Assembly (NCBI RefSeq): GCF_006345805.1
Contig: NC_043007.1
Coordinates: forward strand, 38,316,001 to 38,380,000
DNA length: 64,000 nucleotides
DNA from: Octopus sinensis
Taxonomy: Eukaryota
Reading direction: 5' to 3'
The notes below the pieces were generated by a model. That model did not search any database. It was not told where the DNA came from and saw nothing but the letters and a program-made list of their open reading frames with translations. The position numbers were made by a program, and so were the translations under genes. This document shows, piece by piece, positions 12,883 to 25,210 of this stretch (the first letter of the stretch is position 1; each line of letters opens with the position of its first letter).

Positions 12883-13093
12883 TGACTTTGTTAGAACAAA
12901 GTATACTGCAGTAGATACTATGAGAAACTCTCATAATGGCTTTTGGTGCAAAGTGCACTCTTGTCAACAAGCTCACAGGCTGATCCCAGCACCTCTATTC
13001 TGGCACTGTTATTCTATATAAACAAGAGTTTTCACAAAGCTAATATGAGAGTTTCTCTCATGGTAGCTATTGCAGTATAGTTTGTTCTAACAG
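12883..13093. mobile_element. MITE with ~50-bp TIRs; a further TIR copy at 13601-13645
   Basis: TGTTAGAACAAAGTATACTGCAGTAGATACTATGAGA is mirrored by TCTCATGGTAGCTATTGCAGTATAGTTTGTTCTAACA. Confidence 0.6.
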
Positions 13094-13343
13094 AACATTC
13101 ATGTTTAAGTGGGAATAAATATTACAATCTCACTGACTAATCACGACATCAGTGCCTGTTCTAGTACTGTCATTTTATATATCACTGGCAGGGGGATGAG
13201 TTGCTCTTATCTCTAGCAGTTGAGTGTCTGTCGTTGACAAGATCAAAGAAGTTCAAAAATCACATGATCTGGAGGTGGGAAATTTATCTCCCTGCTAGTA
13301 ATATAAATGAGTGCATTTTTCACCAAAAGCCAATATGAAAGTT

Positions 13344-13603
13344 TATTTCTTTATTGCCCACAAGGGGCTAAGCATAGAGGGGACAAACAAGGACAGACAA
13401 AGAGATTAAGTCGATTATATCGACCCTAGTGCATAACCGGTACTTAATTTATCGACCCTGAAAGGATGAAAGGCAAAGTCAACCTCGGCGGAATTTGAAC
13501 TCAGAACGTAAAGACAGACGAAATACCATTAAGCATTTCGCCTGGCGTGCTAACGTTTCTGCCACCTTGTCTCTCATAGTATCTCATGCCAGCTCGCCAC
13601 CTT
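13344..13603 (-). mobile_element. SINE family B, full copy
   Basis: Reverse complement of 3606-3845. Many decayed copies at 1500-2300, 5040-5460, 5990-6560, 34078-34285, 36530-37620, 39040-39290, 50530-51560, 56770-57010. Confidence 0.75.
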
Positions 13604-13983
13604 CTCTCATGGTATCTACTGCAGTATAGTTTGTTCTAACAAAGTGGGGGATAAAAATCAAGACAGTAATTACAGCACATCAAATGTAAAGTCTTTCACC
13701 AACACACATTCACTGATTCATTTAATGTCCATGCTCATGCTGGCATAAGTTGAATGATTTGATGAGATTTAACAGCTCCAAGACCTACATTGTGCCTCAC
13801 TGTCTACTATAGCATGGTTTCTACAGTTGGATACCCTTTCTTAACACCAGCCACTTTACTGCATGTACTGAGTGCTTTTTCAATGTTACCTATATATATA
13901 TATATATAATTCAACAACATTCTTTGGACAGATTTTTTAATGGCATCTTGACAGAGATCAATAATAATAAAAATTGGACTCAC

Positions 13984-14079
13984 TTCTTCCAACAGGCCTT
14001 GAGCCTCCATTGAGATATGAGATGGAATCAATAACTGAGTATGAGATGTAATTCCTCCAGGATGACAAGAAGATAAGCG
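13984..14079 (-). CDS. RPS6KC1: RPS6KC1 exon (RLSSCHPGGITSHTQLLIPSHISMEAQGLLEE)
   Basis: CHPGGITSHT motif. TTTCAG / GTGAGT, 96 nt. Confidence 0.93.
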
Positions 14080-15667
14080 CTGAAAATGAAAAAAAGAAAA
14101 ATCTTTCAAATTTTGGTGCAAAGCTTTACAATTTTGAGAAGAGGGGACAAGTCAATTACACTGACTTCACTGTGAAGTCAGTGTTTATTGAACTTGAAAG
14201 AATGAAAGGCAAAGTTGACCTTTGGGAAGACTATTCAACCAACTCACCACTTTCTTAATCATGATAAGTGAAAGCACTGTTTGGGCAGTCAGCTCTCTCA
14301 TGACCCTATTTCTAATGAAAAACTTGCTTATGTGCCTCAATTAATTCTCAAAAAGGTCAAAAATTTTGAGAGATTTAGTGAAATAACTTTTTTGGAACAT
14401 AACGGAAAGGTCCTTTTTGTCATATTCTAGTTTTACCTCCTCCAATAACCAGGCCCCTACCAAAGGCTCTTTGTCTTGCAAGTTACTGGTGCCACATAAA
14501 AAATACCCCAGTCCATTCTGTAAAGTGGTTGACATCCATCCATAAAAACCATGCCAAAGCAGACCTTACTGCTACTGATGCCGTGTAAAATGCATAGAGT
14601 CTAGTCTGTAAACTGGTTGGCATTAGGAAGGGCATCCAACCATAAAAACCATGCCAAAATAGACAGTGGAGCTTGCTACAGTCAAACTGTCCAACCCATA
14701 CCAGCATGGAGGATGGATGTTAAATGTTGATGGAAGATTTTCACATAATTATGAAAAACAAAAGAGGTTTTGTGTTAAAGAACTTGCAAGTGGTACTACT
14801 TAAAATAGGAATGTTATTGGAAATGATTTTTCTTACTGTCTGGAATAAGTAAATAATATTTGGTTGGTCCTAAGATCTGAAGGATATAGAAATGGAAGTA
14901 CTGTATCTGATGGCATACAAGATATACTTTTTTTTTTTTCAAAAATACCTTAGGCCTTATATTACAAGCCTTAATGCACTAAAAACTTTTTCCTGAATAT
15001 GCACTGTTGAAATTGGGATGCATCAAATTTTCACATATGTTTTTTATGTCATCAAATACAATTATTATTGTTATAGAAGATCTGTTTTACTCCGATATAA
15101 AACAGCAGGTCTTTAGGATTGACTGATATTCTTCAGCAATAAAAACACAAGAGTCAATAAGAGAACTTCTATGCAATTACTTAACCTGTTCAAAGTAGCA
15201 GTGAAATATCTTCACAATAAAAAACATCCAATGAGTTTAACCCTCTTAGACCTAGGTCCCTGTGTCTAACTTTACCCTCCATCAAGGCTTCTGAGCAAGA
15301 AAATAAACAGTTGCACATATAGCTCAAGAGTAACAATTGCAGGCAAATTAATGGACAGAGTTGGCAGCAGTATCTTTTTCTATGTGTTTACCAGAAATCC
15401 AACTGAGATGATGTTTAACCTATTCTCACAGAATATGTGACAGGGTTAAAATATAATTCAAATATCATTTTGTCTTGAATCAGTTAAAATAACATGTTCC
15501 ACAGTTTTAAAGATAAGATAACTTGGTTAAGAAATTCTGATAAAATATTTTGTTTGAGCCAGACTGTGGAGTGATGTCCATACAAAGCTCACAACTTATA
15601 CTACAATATCTCCTGCTTGTCACAACACCAACATCATAAACAAACAAGTAGAAAGAAATCAACTGAC

Positions 15668-15750
15668 TTTTCCAGAAAGCAGCTCAAATAACAAGGCACC
15701 AAAACTCCACCAATCACAGACTTCTGTATGTCCAGATATGCTACAAATTT
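15668..15750 (-). CDS. RPS6KC1: RPS6KC1 exon ([28 protein letters not shown])
   Basis: Subdomain IX DWWSFG. TTACAG / GTCAGT, 83 nt, completes the APE codon. Confidence 0.95.
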
Positions 15751-15828
15751 CTGTAAAAAAGAACAAAAACAACAACCACATTTTAAATAATGTCAATATC
15801 AATTTTATGTGTTATTCATGAAATAATA

Positions 15829-16160
15829 TCAGGCTGAGTAAAAAGTAAGTAACGTTTTAAGACATGAAATTCATCACAATATATTTCAACAATGCAGAAA
15901 TTTTATTCATCAAAGTACCATGACAATCAACACATTTTTGCTGAGTTATAAGTTTATTTATTCCAGTAACATAAAAATCTGGGATTCTTAAGCTGATGAA
16001 CTCTTTGAACACACTTTCAGCATTGGTTTGATTTTTGAACTCTTTCTCTAGCAGGAAACCATCAAGGTACTTGAAAAAGTGGTAGTCATTAGGATAAAGG
16101 TCTGAGGAATAAGCTGGGTGGGGAAGAACTTTGCAGTCAAGTTCCCTCAACTTCTAGAGC
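15829..16160 (-). mobile_element. Mariner transposon 3' remnant (transposase C-terminus)
   Basis: ORF 15857-16150 reads VLPHPAYSSDLYPNDYHFFKYLDGFL, matching mariner HPPYSPDLAPSDYHLF. TA-flanked end near 15827. Confidence 0.8.
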
Positions 16161-16164
16161 ATCA

Positions 16165-16700
16165 TCATACTATAATGCGTGTAATGTCCGTCCGTCTGCC
16201 TGCACTCACATCATGGCCAAACGGTTGGGCCGATCAGCATGCAACTTTGTAGGAGTGTTCGGAGGAGGGGGTGTCTCTTGGGTGGTTTATATATAGGTTT
16301 AGTCCCTCCCCACCCCTTATTTTCAGATAAAGTCCATCAATTGAGGTAACTTTGGCAGAAGGAATAGGGTGGCCTATACCTTCCTAAAGGGACATGCTTG
16401 ACCTCCTGCTTCTGCTCCTGTCCCACCACCACCCCTTAACCGAGTAATACCATCAATTGAGGCAAATTTGGCACCCGGAGGTAAGTTTTGTAAGAGGAAT
16501 AGAGAGGCCTACCTTCTCCTGCAAAGATCAGGCCGACCTCCTCTTCCTGCCCCCGCCCCACCCAACTCCTCCCTCTATTGAGTAATATTGTCGAATGAAA
16601 TAACTTTGGCAACCTGGGCCTCCTACACTGAGTGTAGATCTCTCCTTTTGAACACATGAACAGTTTCGAAACATTGTTTACAAAATAATAGCTGATCATT
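16165..16700 (+). mobile_element. Helitron-like 5' fragment with internal ~100-bp subrepeats
   Basis: Starts TCATACTATAATGCGTGTAATGTCCGTCCGTCTG. Repeated CCATCAATTGAGG..TTTGGCA units; no CTAG end found. Confidence 0.4.
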
Positions 16701-17395
16701 TGCAAAGGGGTGTGTCTACAGTCAACAGTTAGGATTTTTGCTCATAACTTTTCCTACTATGTATCACACTATGATCAAATACTTTGCAGGATGGTTTATG
16801 TTCCTCTATGTTCTGAGTTCAGACCCTGCAGTTAATGGTTGTCTCCATCACCTTTAAAATTTTGGAAGTGCAATAGGAGAGTGGTTGAAAAGGTAGGAAA
16901 AGTGACCTTTTTGGGTGGGATGGGACACAGTGTAGTGTTTCCAATGATTAGGATACATTGAATCTATAGAGAGAATGAAAAGATTAATGAATAGATGCTA
17001 GTTCCAGGGCTTATTTTTTGAAGACAAATGAAAGGACACTTGTCAGGATTGGTGACCTTGGTTTGAAGTAACCAGAACTACTTATGTATTAGGTTTAGAT
17101 GTATGAATGGTGGCTAGTTTGGTGGAGTGCAATAAACGTAGGCAATGAATATATAGTTTTTCTCAACAAGAATGTTGAGAAGTGGAGGAAAGGAAGCTTA
17201 TGCAAAGCTGGTAGAGATTCAACTTTTGGTAAGGATCCAAAACAACTGGCTGCAGTTTGATTGTTAGAAATGGCTGCCACAAAGCTGCAACTGCTTCCAC
17301 CATTGCTATGAGCTGCTGTTGTTGCTGTCATCAGTAAATAAATGTGCCTGTGAATTTATTCAGCAATTATAAATTAATCTGTGTGTGAAGTTCAC

Positions 17396-17792
17396 ATAGG
17401 CGTAGGAGTGGCTGTGTGGTAAGTAGCTTGCTTACCAACCACATGGTTCCGGGTTCAGTCCCACTGTGTGGCACCTTGGGCAAGTGTCTTCTATTACAGC
17501 CTCGGGCCGACCAAAGCCTTGTGAGTGGATTTGGTAGACAGAAACTGAAAGAAGCCCATCGTATATATATGTGTATGTGTGTGTTTGTATGTCTGCATTT
17601 GTCCCCCCAACATCGGTTCACAACCGATGCTGGTGTGTTTATGTCCCCGTAACTTAGCGGTTTGGCAAAAGTGACTGATAGAATAAGTACTAGGCTTACA
17701 AAGAATAAGTCCTGGGGTCGATTTGCTCGACTAAAGGCGGTGCTCCAGCATGGCCGCAGTCAAATGACTGAAACAAGTAAAAGAGTAAAGAG
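17396..17792 (+). mobile_element. tRNA-derived SINE family A (CORE-SINE-like, resembles octopus OR-type SINEs), full copy
   Basis: A box TGGCTGTGTGG, B box GGTTCAGTCCC, CORE-like GGCACCTTGGGCAAGTGTCTT, internal microsatellite, GTAAAAGA tail. Family naming is from recall. Confidence 0.8.
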
Positions 17793-18151
17793 TATAGCCA
17801 GCTCTTCTCAAATGTAATCTTCCTTTTACCATGAGAAAATTGCTACAGGTGTAAGGGATCAGAGAAATTGCTCAACTGGGAAGTGAACCAATGTAAAAGA
17901 TCACCTTTTTAGGAGCAATACTGAGCACTTCATACACCAAGCTAAGGAGATTCTACACAGTCACTCAACCTGCTAGAAACAGCAATCAAATCTTCTTTAA
18001 TCACACATTGGCATTTTGAAAAAGGACTGGTTGGAAAATATAGTACTGGATTCTGAGCATATAGGGAAAAAGACAAATCTGCTTGATCAAAGGTGATCTG
18101 ATCTGGAGCAAAATATCAACTTTTCATAAATAATAAAGTTCTCTTACTCAC

Positions 18152-18279
18152 CTGGTGCAGTATACATATTTTCAACAGCCCAATCATCTAAAGGCAGGTC
18201 AACATTGTTCATTTGACAAAAGTATGAGATCAATACGTGACCTTTCTCTCCAAGTAGAACATTTGAAGGTTTCAAATCA
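18152..18279 (-). CDS. RPS6KC1: RPS6KC1 exon (DLKPSNVLLGEKGHVLISYFCQMNNVDLPLDDWAVENMYTAP)
   Basis: Catalytic-loop-like DLKPSN, DFG replaced by SYF. TTCCAG / GTGAGT, 128 nt. Confidence 0.95.
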
Positions 18280-19574
18280 CTGGAAGAATAAATTAAAGAA
18301 ATAAAATAAAGAAAAATACAACATAAAACTTGTTACACATTTAATATGAAACAACAGTGAATGTTACTGTCAACCTTAGTGTCTCACTGGTTGATCCCTG
18401 TATTGTGTGTGTGTGTATGTATGTATGTACCTTGTGAGTGGACATGATGTAGTGTTGTGACCTGCTGTAGTGTTGTGAAACACATCTTGAGTGCAATTGT
18501 TTGAAGAAGTTGTGAACATGTCTTGAACATTTGAAAAATACTTGGTATTGTGTGTGTGAGAGGGGGAGAAAGAGATTGTACAGAAGGTAACTTATAACTT
18601 CATGGCCAAGGCTTCAAACTTTACTCCAGCTAGCAATGATGCTGCTACTGAGTAAAAAACATCCCTCTTTGATAGACTAGCAATTTCCAATTCAGAATAG
18701 GAATCTAACTCTATAAACAATTGCAAAAATATGCAATTCATATTTTCTTGTCAGTAGAGAAAAATGAATGCAAAACAACAAAATTAATCAGACTGGTTCA
18801 GGCATGGGTGTTTGGATACAGAGATCACTTTATAAGCATATAATTTTTTACTAAGTCACTACACAGCACTGTGGGTAAGTAACTTCAACTGTAGCCAACC
18901 AATGCCTTGGAAGCAGATTTGGTAGATGGAAACTATAAAAGTCTGTTGAGAGAGAGAGAGTGTGTGTGTGTGTGTGTGTGTGCCAGTGCCACTGGACTGG
19001 TTCCTGTGCAGGTGGCATATAAAAAGCACCATTTGAGCGTGGCCGTTGCCAGTACTACCCGACTGGCCCTCATGCCGGTGGCACGTAAAAGCACCCACTA
19101 CACTCTCAGAGTGGTTGGCATTGGAGTCTGGTGCAGCAAATTGTCAAACCCATGCTAGCATGGAAAGCGGGAGTTAAACGATGATGATGATATACATATG
19201 TGCATGCCTGTGGATGTTTACATTCTACTGCTTCACATGACACCTAGCAAAAGAAAAAAAGTGGTGCTGACATTCCCTTTCAACAAATTATCTGCTAGCT
19301 CTGTGCTTTTGAAGGCATGTAGAAAAATCCATTACTTGAAAAAACAGATAAGTGTTAGGGACAGGAAGGGCGCTTGGCTGTAAAATAAAACTTCAGTAAG
19401 TATTTATCCAACTTGTGACAGCAGGGAATCCCTCACCCAACCAAAAAAAAAAAAAAAAGAATGTAAAATTAACAAATGGATGTAGACCCACACTCATACA
19501 AAGAAGAAAAGAAGAGATAAGAAGGAAGAGAGAAAAGAGAAGCAAGGAAAGACTGAGAAAGGAAAATTACTCAC

Positions 19575-21265
19575 CGACAAATAATACCCTGATCATGCAA
19601 GTATGACAGAGCAATCACAACTTCTGCTGCCCACTGTTTGATGCAAGATTCCGGTAGCACAACTTCTGAAGACCAGTTCCTACTACTGTCAAATTCTTCA
19701 AATACTTTCCACACTTTACTCTTTGAAGGTGACTTCAGATCACACTCAAATGATGCAGACCGACATGGCTCCATAAATGACTGTCTAGGAATGCCTGTGT
19801 ATGATGTTGTATTGTGTTTGGTGGACTTTTGACTGAGACAGCTACAGTCATTGGTAAAGTCTGATGTTGCAGCTTTTAATGGGGCTGTTGTGCTTTCTTT
19901 CTCATCTTTAGAGTTTAAAGCTTTCTTTGTTACACTATTGCCTTCTAAACAGTCTGTCTTAGGATTAGAGCTTTTGGTTACAGAAGAAACTAAGGTTTTT
20001 ATACTTTGAGATTCGGAATAATTCTCTGTTAAGTCACTCTTGACAACACTTAACAAACGTGACTTTGATAGACTTTCTCCCTCACCAGCAGAAATGGTTC
20101 TTTCTCTAGAGTTAAGGCTGCTTGACTGCGAATGCATCTTTGGTAGACTGCTGGAATATTTATGAAGGTCATAAATACTGACCTCTTCATCAGAGACATC
20201 ATCAAGGCTGCCGTTGCATTCACTGAACAACTCATCACGTCCAACACTTATACTATGGTCTGAAGCGGTGTTTATCACAGAAGATTTATTATTTGGTGTT
20301 TCTAGCTGTGTGGTCAATGAATGTGATGTTGGATTTTCCAAGACTTTGTCAATAGACTTTAATAACTGAATAGAATTTTTTGTAATGTCCTGACAGCTGG
20401 TATCACTACATTCGCTGATCTGTAGTTCTGATGCACTCTCTCTAAAAACATCATTCAAACTATCTGTGTCGGAATTGTTCGTGTCATCTCGTTCAGCTTC
20501 ATCTTCCATGATTATGTGGTTGATGTCAGAGAATCCACTGCTATGGCGTTGGGATTTCTTATCACTATCGTTGCTCGTTATGCTAAATTCAGCTAAGTGG
20601 TGCCGACTGCTGGTCAGCAATTCTTGGAACTTCTCATCACCGCTGTTGTCAAGCTCTTTCAGAGACATTTCATCAGGAATTGAAGGAAATGTTGTGGAGG
20701 TCGTTGAACTTTCGTGGCTTGGACTTTCAGATTCCTGTCCTGTTTCTGATATTGAGGCAGCATCATTGGACAAAGCAGACAAGTCAGTATAGCTGTTCTT
20801 CAGTGTATCAACCTCTGCTGAGTCAGCATTGTTGTTGTTGTTGTTCATGAATAAAGCTGCATATGATGTGGCACAATCACTTGTTTTATAACTGGGCTCC
20901 AGGTGGTCATTGACCCCACTTTCAGTCATCACAGGATTTTCTGGCTGTTTGGCTGGAGGTTCTTCTTTATAACTGTAATTTGGTAACTGTTCATGGAATG
21001 TTAAAGAATTGTGCATCTTACAACCCTTATAGACATTACGACCCCCAGCACTGCCAGAGCCACTGAACCCAAGGTAATTTTCTTGGGAACCTAACTGCAA
21101 ATAACTGAGTATGTAAGTCCACAGTTTACCACCGGAAGCATATTGTAGCAGCAGATATATAGCATCTGCTCCTTCATAAAATTTATACAGTTGAACCATA
21201 TATGGACAAGAACTAGGAAGAATGTTCTTCACATTCAATCTCTCAGCACCAGATTTGTGAATTGT
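19575..21265 (-). CDS. RPS6KC1: RPS6KC1 1691-nt exon: N-lobe end, long Ser/acidic insert, start of C-lobe (TIHKSGAERLNVKNIL...LPESCIKQWAAEVVIALSYLHDQGIICR)
   Basis: Contains the 555-aa ORF 19571-21238. TTGTAG acceptor, GTGAGT donor, phase 0 to 2. Confidence 0.95.
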
Positions 21266-21453
21266 CTACAAAATATTAAATAAGAAAACAAAAGTTAAAC
21301 AATTAAAATAAATTTTAAAGGAAGAGTCAAGCTAACCATTCAAAATACATATAAACCATTCTGCTCACTTTTTTCCTTTTGTAATATTATTGTAAACTAA
21401 TATAAAGTGTTGAGTCACTCACCAAATAGGCACAACTCAAAAATATACCTCAA

Positions 21454-21919
21454 CTAGCTATTTTGACCCGTGCTTCGCTCGGGTTTTGGTGATGGTATTG
21501 TTTTGTGCGTGTTGTCTCCTTTTCCTTTTCTTCTTTTGTTCATCTTCTTTGCCTGGTTCTTCTTATTGCTCTCTTCTTTACCCCCCCCCCTTTCCAAAAT
21601 TCCCCAAGTTTTTACACCCACAATTAAAGATAACCGCCTCTGGCACCTGTAGCAACACGAAAAGCCACCATTATTCAAACAGCACAACCTGTCTATCCCA
21701 TAAAACTCAATTTTTCCCATATTCCTCACCATGGCAACCAAACAGTAGCCCCGAGCGACTTGCAACCCTCCTCACACCATCGTCCACCCCATTTTACCTT
21801 CCAGTGTAAATTTTGGTGCCAATCCGACCCCATCTATTGCCCCTTAAACTGTTCCCATCCCAAAATGAGACAAAATAACCAAGAAATCAAACAACTTTAT
21901 CACATTTCAGCTTTATAGA
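21454..21919 (-). mobile_element. Non-autonomous Helitron, complete
   Basis: Minus strand A|TCTATAAAGCTGAAA ... CCCGAGCGAAGCACGGG TCAAAATAG CTAG|T. Confidence 0.75.
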
Positions 21920-21989
21920 TATTGATTCAAGACATTATTTAGCAGAGAGTGTGAAGTGGTTTACCTGGAGCAAACAGTTTATTACTTAC

Positions 21990-22142
21990 TTTTATGATAT
22001 ATGTTTCATTGGAACCTTTCTCTAGTACTAGCAACACCTTATCTATAGTGCTTAGTACTTTGTAGTTACGTAGTTCAGATATAGGAGCTCTGAGGAATGC
22101 CAAAGTGGGGTCTAGTTCCATTGGTGGAGACAAGGAATCCAA
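21990..22142 (-). CDS. RPS6KC1: RPS6KC1 exon: start of pseudokinase N-lobe (LDSLSPPMELDPTLAFLRAPISELRNYKVLSTIDKVLLVLEKGSNETYIIK)
   Basis: TTTCAG acceptor, GTAAGT donor, 153 nt. YKVL..IDKVLLV...YIIK is typical of RPS6KC1. Confidence 0.93.
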
Positions 22143-22232
22143 CTGAAATAAATAAAGTTGGTGACAATATATAGTATGTGAATGCATGGGAAGGTGTGAT
22201 TCACAGCTAACAGGAAATGGTATGTGTGAGTT

Positions 22233-22265
<33 letters not shown>

Positions 22266-22464
22266 GAATATATTGACAATGTATGGTGAGAGTGTTTTGT
22301 GTGTGTGTTTGTGATAGTGCATGAACATGTTGGTGATTATACAATCCATAGTTTACACCAATATACCCTATGGGATTTCTACCTATTGAGCATGACCATT
22401 TCCTTTATGGCAACAAGGTTGCTATTTTTCTCTTTTGTTTACTAAAACTTTTGAGAGAGATCAC

Positions 22465-22680
22465 AGCTCAGGTCCAACAGAATGTCACAGGAAAGGATCA
22501 CAAGACAGATTCTTCAAGCTGAACCAATGAGCAGGAGACCCAGGGGTAGACCAAGAATGAGTTGGTCACACTTAGGAATCCAGAAGGAAAGTGTAATGAT
22601 GATTGCTTCTGACAGGATCCAATGGAGGAGGTGCCTGAGGACTCTGCCTACATGATGAACCAGAAGATGATGGATGGATA
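22465..22680 (+). mobile_element. RTE-clade LINE 3' terminal fragment
   Basis: Decayed frame RMSQERITRQILQAEP..RRPRGRPRMSW..DRIQWRR followed by a (GATG)n tail. Confidence 0.65.
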
Positions 22681-23855
22681 AAACTTTAGTCTTTGCTAAA
22701 GTTACTTTGAGATCTTTGTAGCCAAATGACTATATTAGGCAAAATAATACACACACATTTGAACACTCGTTTTAAAGAGAATGTACACCCATTAAATCAA
22801 AACTATAGCTTTTAATGTAAAAAAAAAAGATATTTAAAACAATATACAATAATGTACAATATAAATTTCATCATCATCATTTAACGTCCGCTTTCCATGC
22901 TAGCATGGGTTGGACAATTTTGATTGAGGGCTGGCGAGCCTGATGGCTGCACCAGGCTCCAATCTTGATCTGGCAGAATTTCTACAGTTGGATGCCCTTC
23001 CTAAAGCCAATCACTCCAAGAGTGTAGTGGGTGCTTTTTACATGCCACCAGCACGGGGGCCAGTCAGGCGGCACTGGCAACAACCTCGCTCGAATCTTTT
23101 TACACATGCAAGTGAAGCGACATTGGTAACAATCACACTCGAATGGTGCCCTTTTACATGCCACGGATACGGAAGCCAGTACAATAATGTACAATATAAA
23201 TTTATTAAACTATAATAAAGACTGTAATTTTTAATTGACAATGCCATTAAAGAACATTTTATCATGACAATATATGCAATACAGTATTCTTATTCAGTTT
23301 GTTAATCTGTTAAATCTATGAGGGTTTACAGTATAGACATGTATATGTATTTCAAATAAATACATTTCAATTCACCAAGTGTTTTAAAATACGTGTAGCA
23401 CTTAGAACAAATGGATAAGTTCAAACAACTCTCAATACTATTACAGGCCACATGTGGTGATATAGAAACTTATAAACTGTTCCCACATGTAATGATATAT
23501 AAACTACTGTTGTTTAATTTACAAGCTATTTTCTTCTGGCAAAATGATACAGTTAAACATAAACAAACAAAAGATTACAAGTTTGACACCAAAAACTTAA
23601 GGTATACCATTGCTAAAGTTTCATTCTAAAACAAAGCAAATTAGTTAACTCCGTTTTAAGAAACGATCCAAAAAGACCAATCAGTTTAAGTGGCTTAACA
23701 ATTTCTCCACGCTTCGCAATAAACTGTGTATGGATTTCAAAAATTTCAAGTCAAGCTTTTTCATTTGAGCTCTACCTAATCAGGGCTGACCTGATACCAA
23801 ACAACACAGTAATGAATAAATGGTAAAATAAATAAATAAAAAAAAAACAACTTAC

Positions 23856-23977
23856 GGCCCATCGCCTCTCATCATTTACATCTTTGGCTAAATGTCGATT
23901 ATACAAATCTTCAGCTTTCATTAGGTACTGTGCTGTCTTCCGACGAACAGCTTCTCGGCGTGTTTTATTGGAATCTC
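23856..23977 (-). CDS. RPS6KC1: RPS6KC1 exon: C-half of the MIT domain (DSNKTRREAVRRKTAQYLMKAEDLYNRHLAKDVNDERRWA)
   Basis: MIT helix 3 RREAVRRKTAQYLMKAE. CTATAG acceptor, GTAAGT donor, 122 nt. Confidence 0.93.
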
Positions 23978-24342
23978 CTATAGAAACAGAATACATATAC
24001 ATACATACATTATAAAGGAACAGGGATTTTGAATCCTGTCAGGTACTTTACAAGTACTCTGATATAATCCAGATTCTAGCTAACAATACTGAATAGGTAC
24101 AATCCATCTGATGAGCTTTAACACAGTATGTCTGATCAATTTCTCCCACAAAATATGAGTTAACTCAAGGATAAACTAAAAGACATTCGCCCACAATGCC
24201 ATGCAGTGGAATTGAAACCTGGACCACATGATTGAGAAGCAAACTTCTTAACCAGTAGATCATATTGCTTCTACTACAAAATAATAAACACATATGCAGA
24301 TGAACATATATTACACCATGCTACACACACACACACATTCAA

Positions 24343-24571
24343 ATTGAGGGAGTGGAGCAGGTAAAATCCAGGCTACATATGTTTCCTAACTAGCAGAACC
24401 TCTGATGTAATAATTACTCAAAGAGGGGTACTCAGCTAGCTACTTAACAGGCCAAAGATCCCTTAATTAAAATAAAGGTTACATTGTCATTAAGGAATCC
24501 CAGTTTAATTTGTCAATGATGTATTTTGAAATGAGTGGTGAAGCCGGAAGAACCTGCTCCACTTCCTCAAT
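24343..24571. mobile_element. MITE with 20-bp TIR
   Basis: ATTGAGGGAGTGGAGCAGGT ... ACCTGCTCCACTTCCTCAAT (19/20 complementary). Confidence 0.6.
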
Positions 24572-24793
24572 ATGGATTTTTATTCACATTCATAGCAACT
24601 GAAGTTACTAACTATGAGCTATAAAAAAAATTCTTTCAACTTATCAAACTTCAGTATGGGAAAAACTTACAAACTTCAACATCAATAAATCATTATTGTT
24701 CTTGAATGTTATTTTTTATACCTACCATGAACTGCTTGAAGCTTACAAACTTTCTACACTCAAACCCTTGGACCTTATAATATATATATATAT

Positions 24794-25210
24794 TTAAGTA
24801 AGAAAATGGAGAGATTCAATGGATATAAATTAATTTATTCACATTTTTACTAAGGCCTACAATTGTTTCAATTCACACTCAATAAAAAGTACAAACATAT
24901 AGAATAAAATACGTTTGCATTTTAAATATTTTATGTAAAATATCTTCAGGGCAAATGAACATTAAGAAAACTACATGTTGATCAATTGAGATTAATCAAC
25001 AGTCTGTTGGGGAATCTTAATTGATCAACATGTAGTTTCTTTAATGTCCATTGGCCCTGAGATATTTTACTGTAAATATTCAAACTGCAAACTTATTTTA
25101 TTCTATATGTTTGTAATTTTTATTGCGTGTGAATTGAAACAATTGTAGGCCTTACTAAAATGATAATAAATTAATTTATATCCATTGAATCTCTCTATTT
25201 TCTTACTTAA
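24794..25210. repeat. Long near-perfect palindrome / foldback MITE (~200-bp arms)
   Basis: Left arm TTAAGTAAGAAAATGGAGAGATTCAATGG...TGATCAATTGAGATT is mirrored by AATCTTAATTGATCA...CCATTGAATCTCTCTATTTTCTTACTTAA, with a loop of about 20 nt. Confidence 0.9.

Noticed and set aside
17095-17331. 78-aa minus-strand ORF in an RPS6KC1 intron with coding-like composition
   Set aside because: No convincing splice sites or homology, and the kinase exons join in phase without it.
17396-17470. tRNA gene
   Set aside because: The A/B boxes belong to a SINE head; no cloverleaf is evident and it continues into the SINE body.
24108-24150. CTGATGA on the plus strand
   Set aside because: No downstream GAAA or closing stems.
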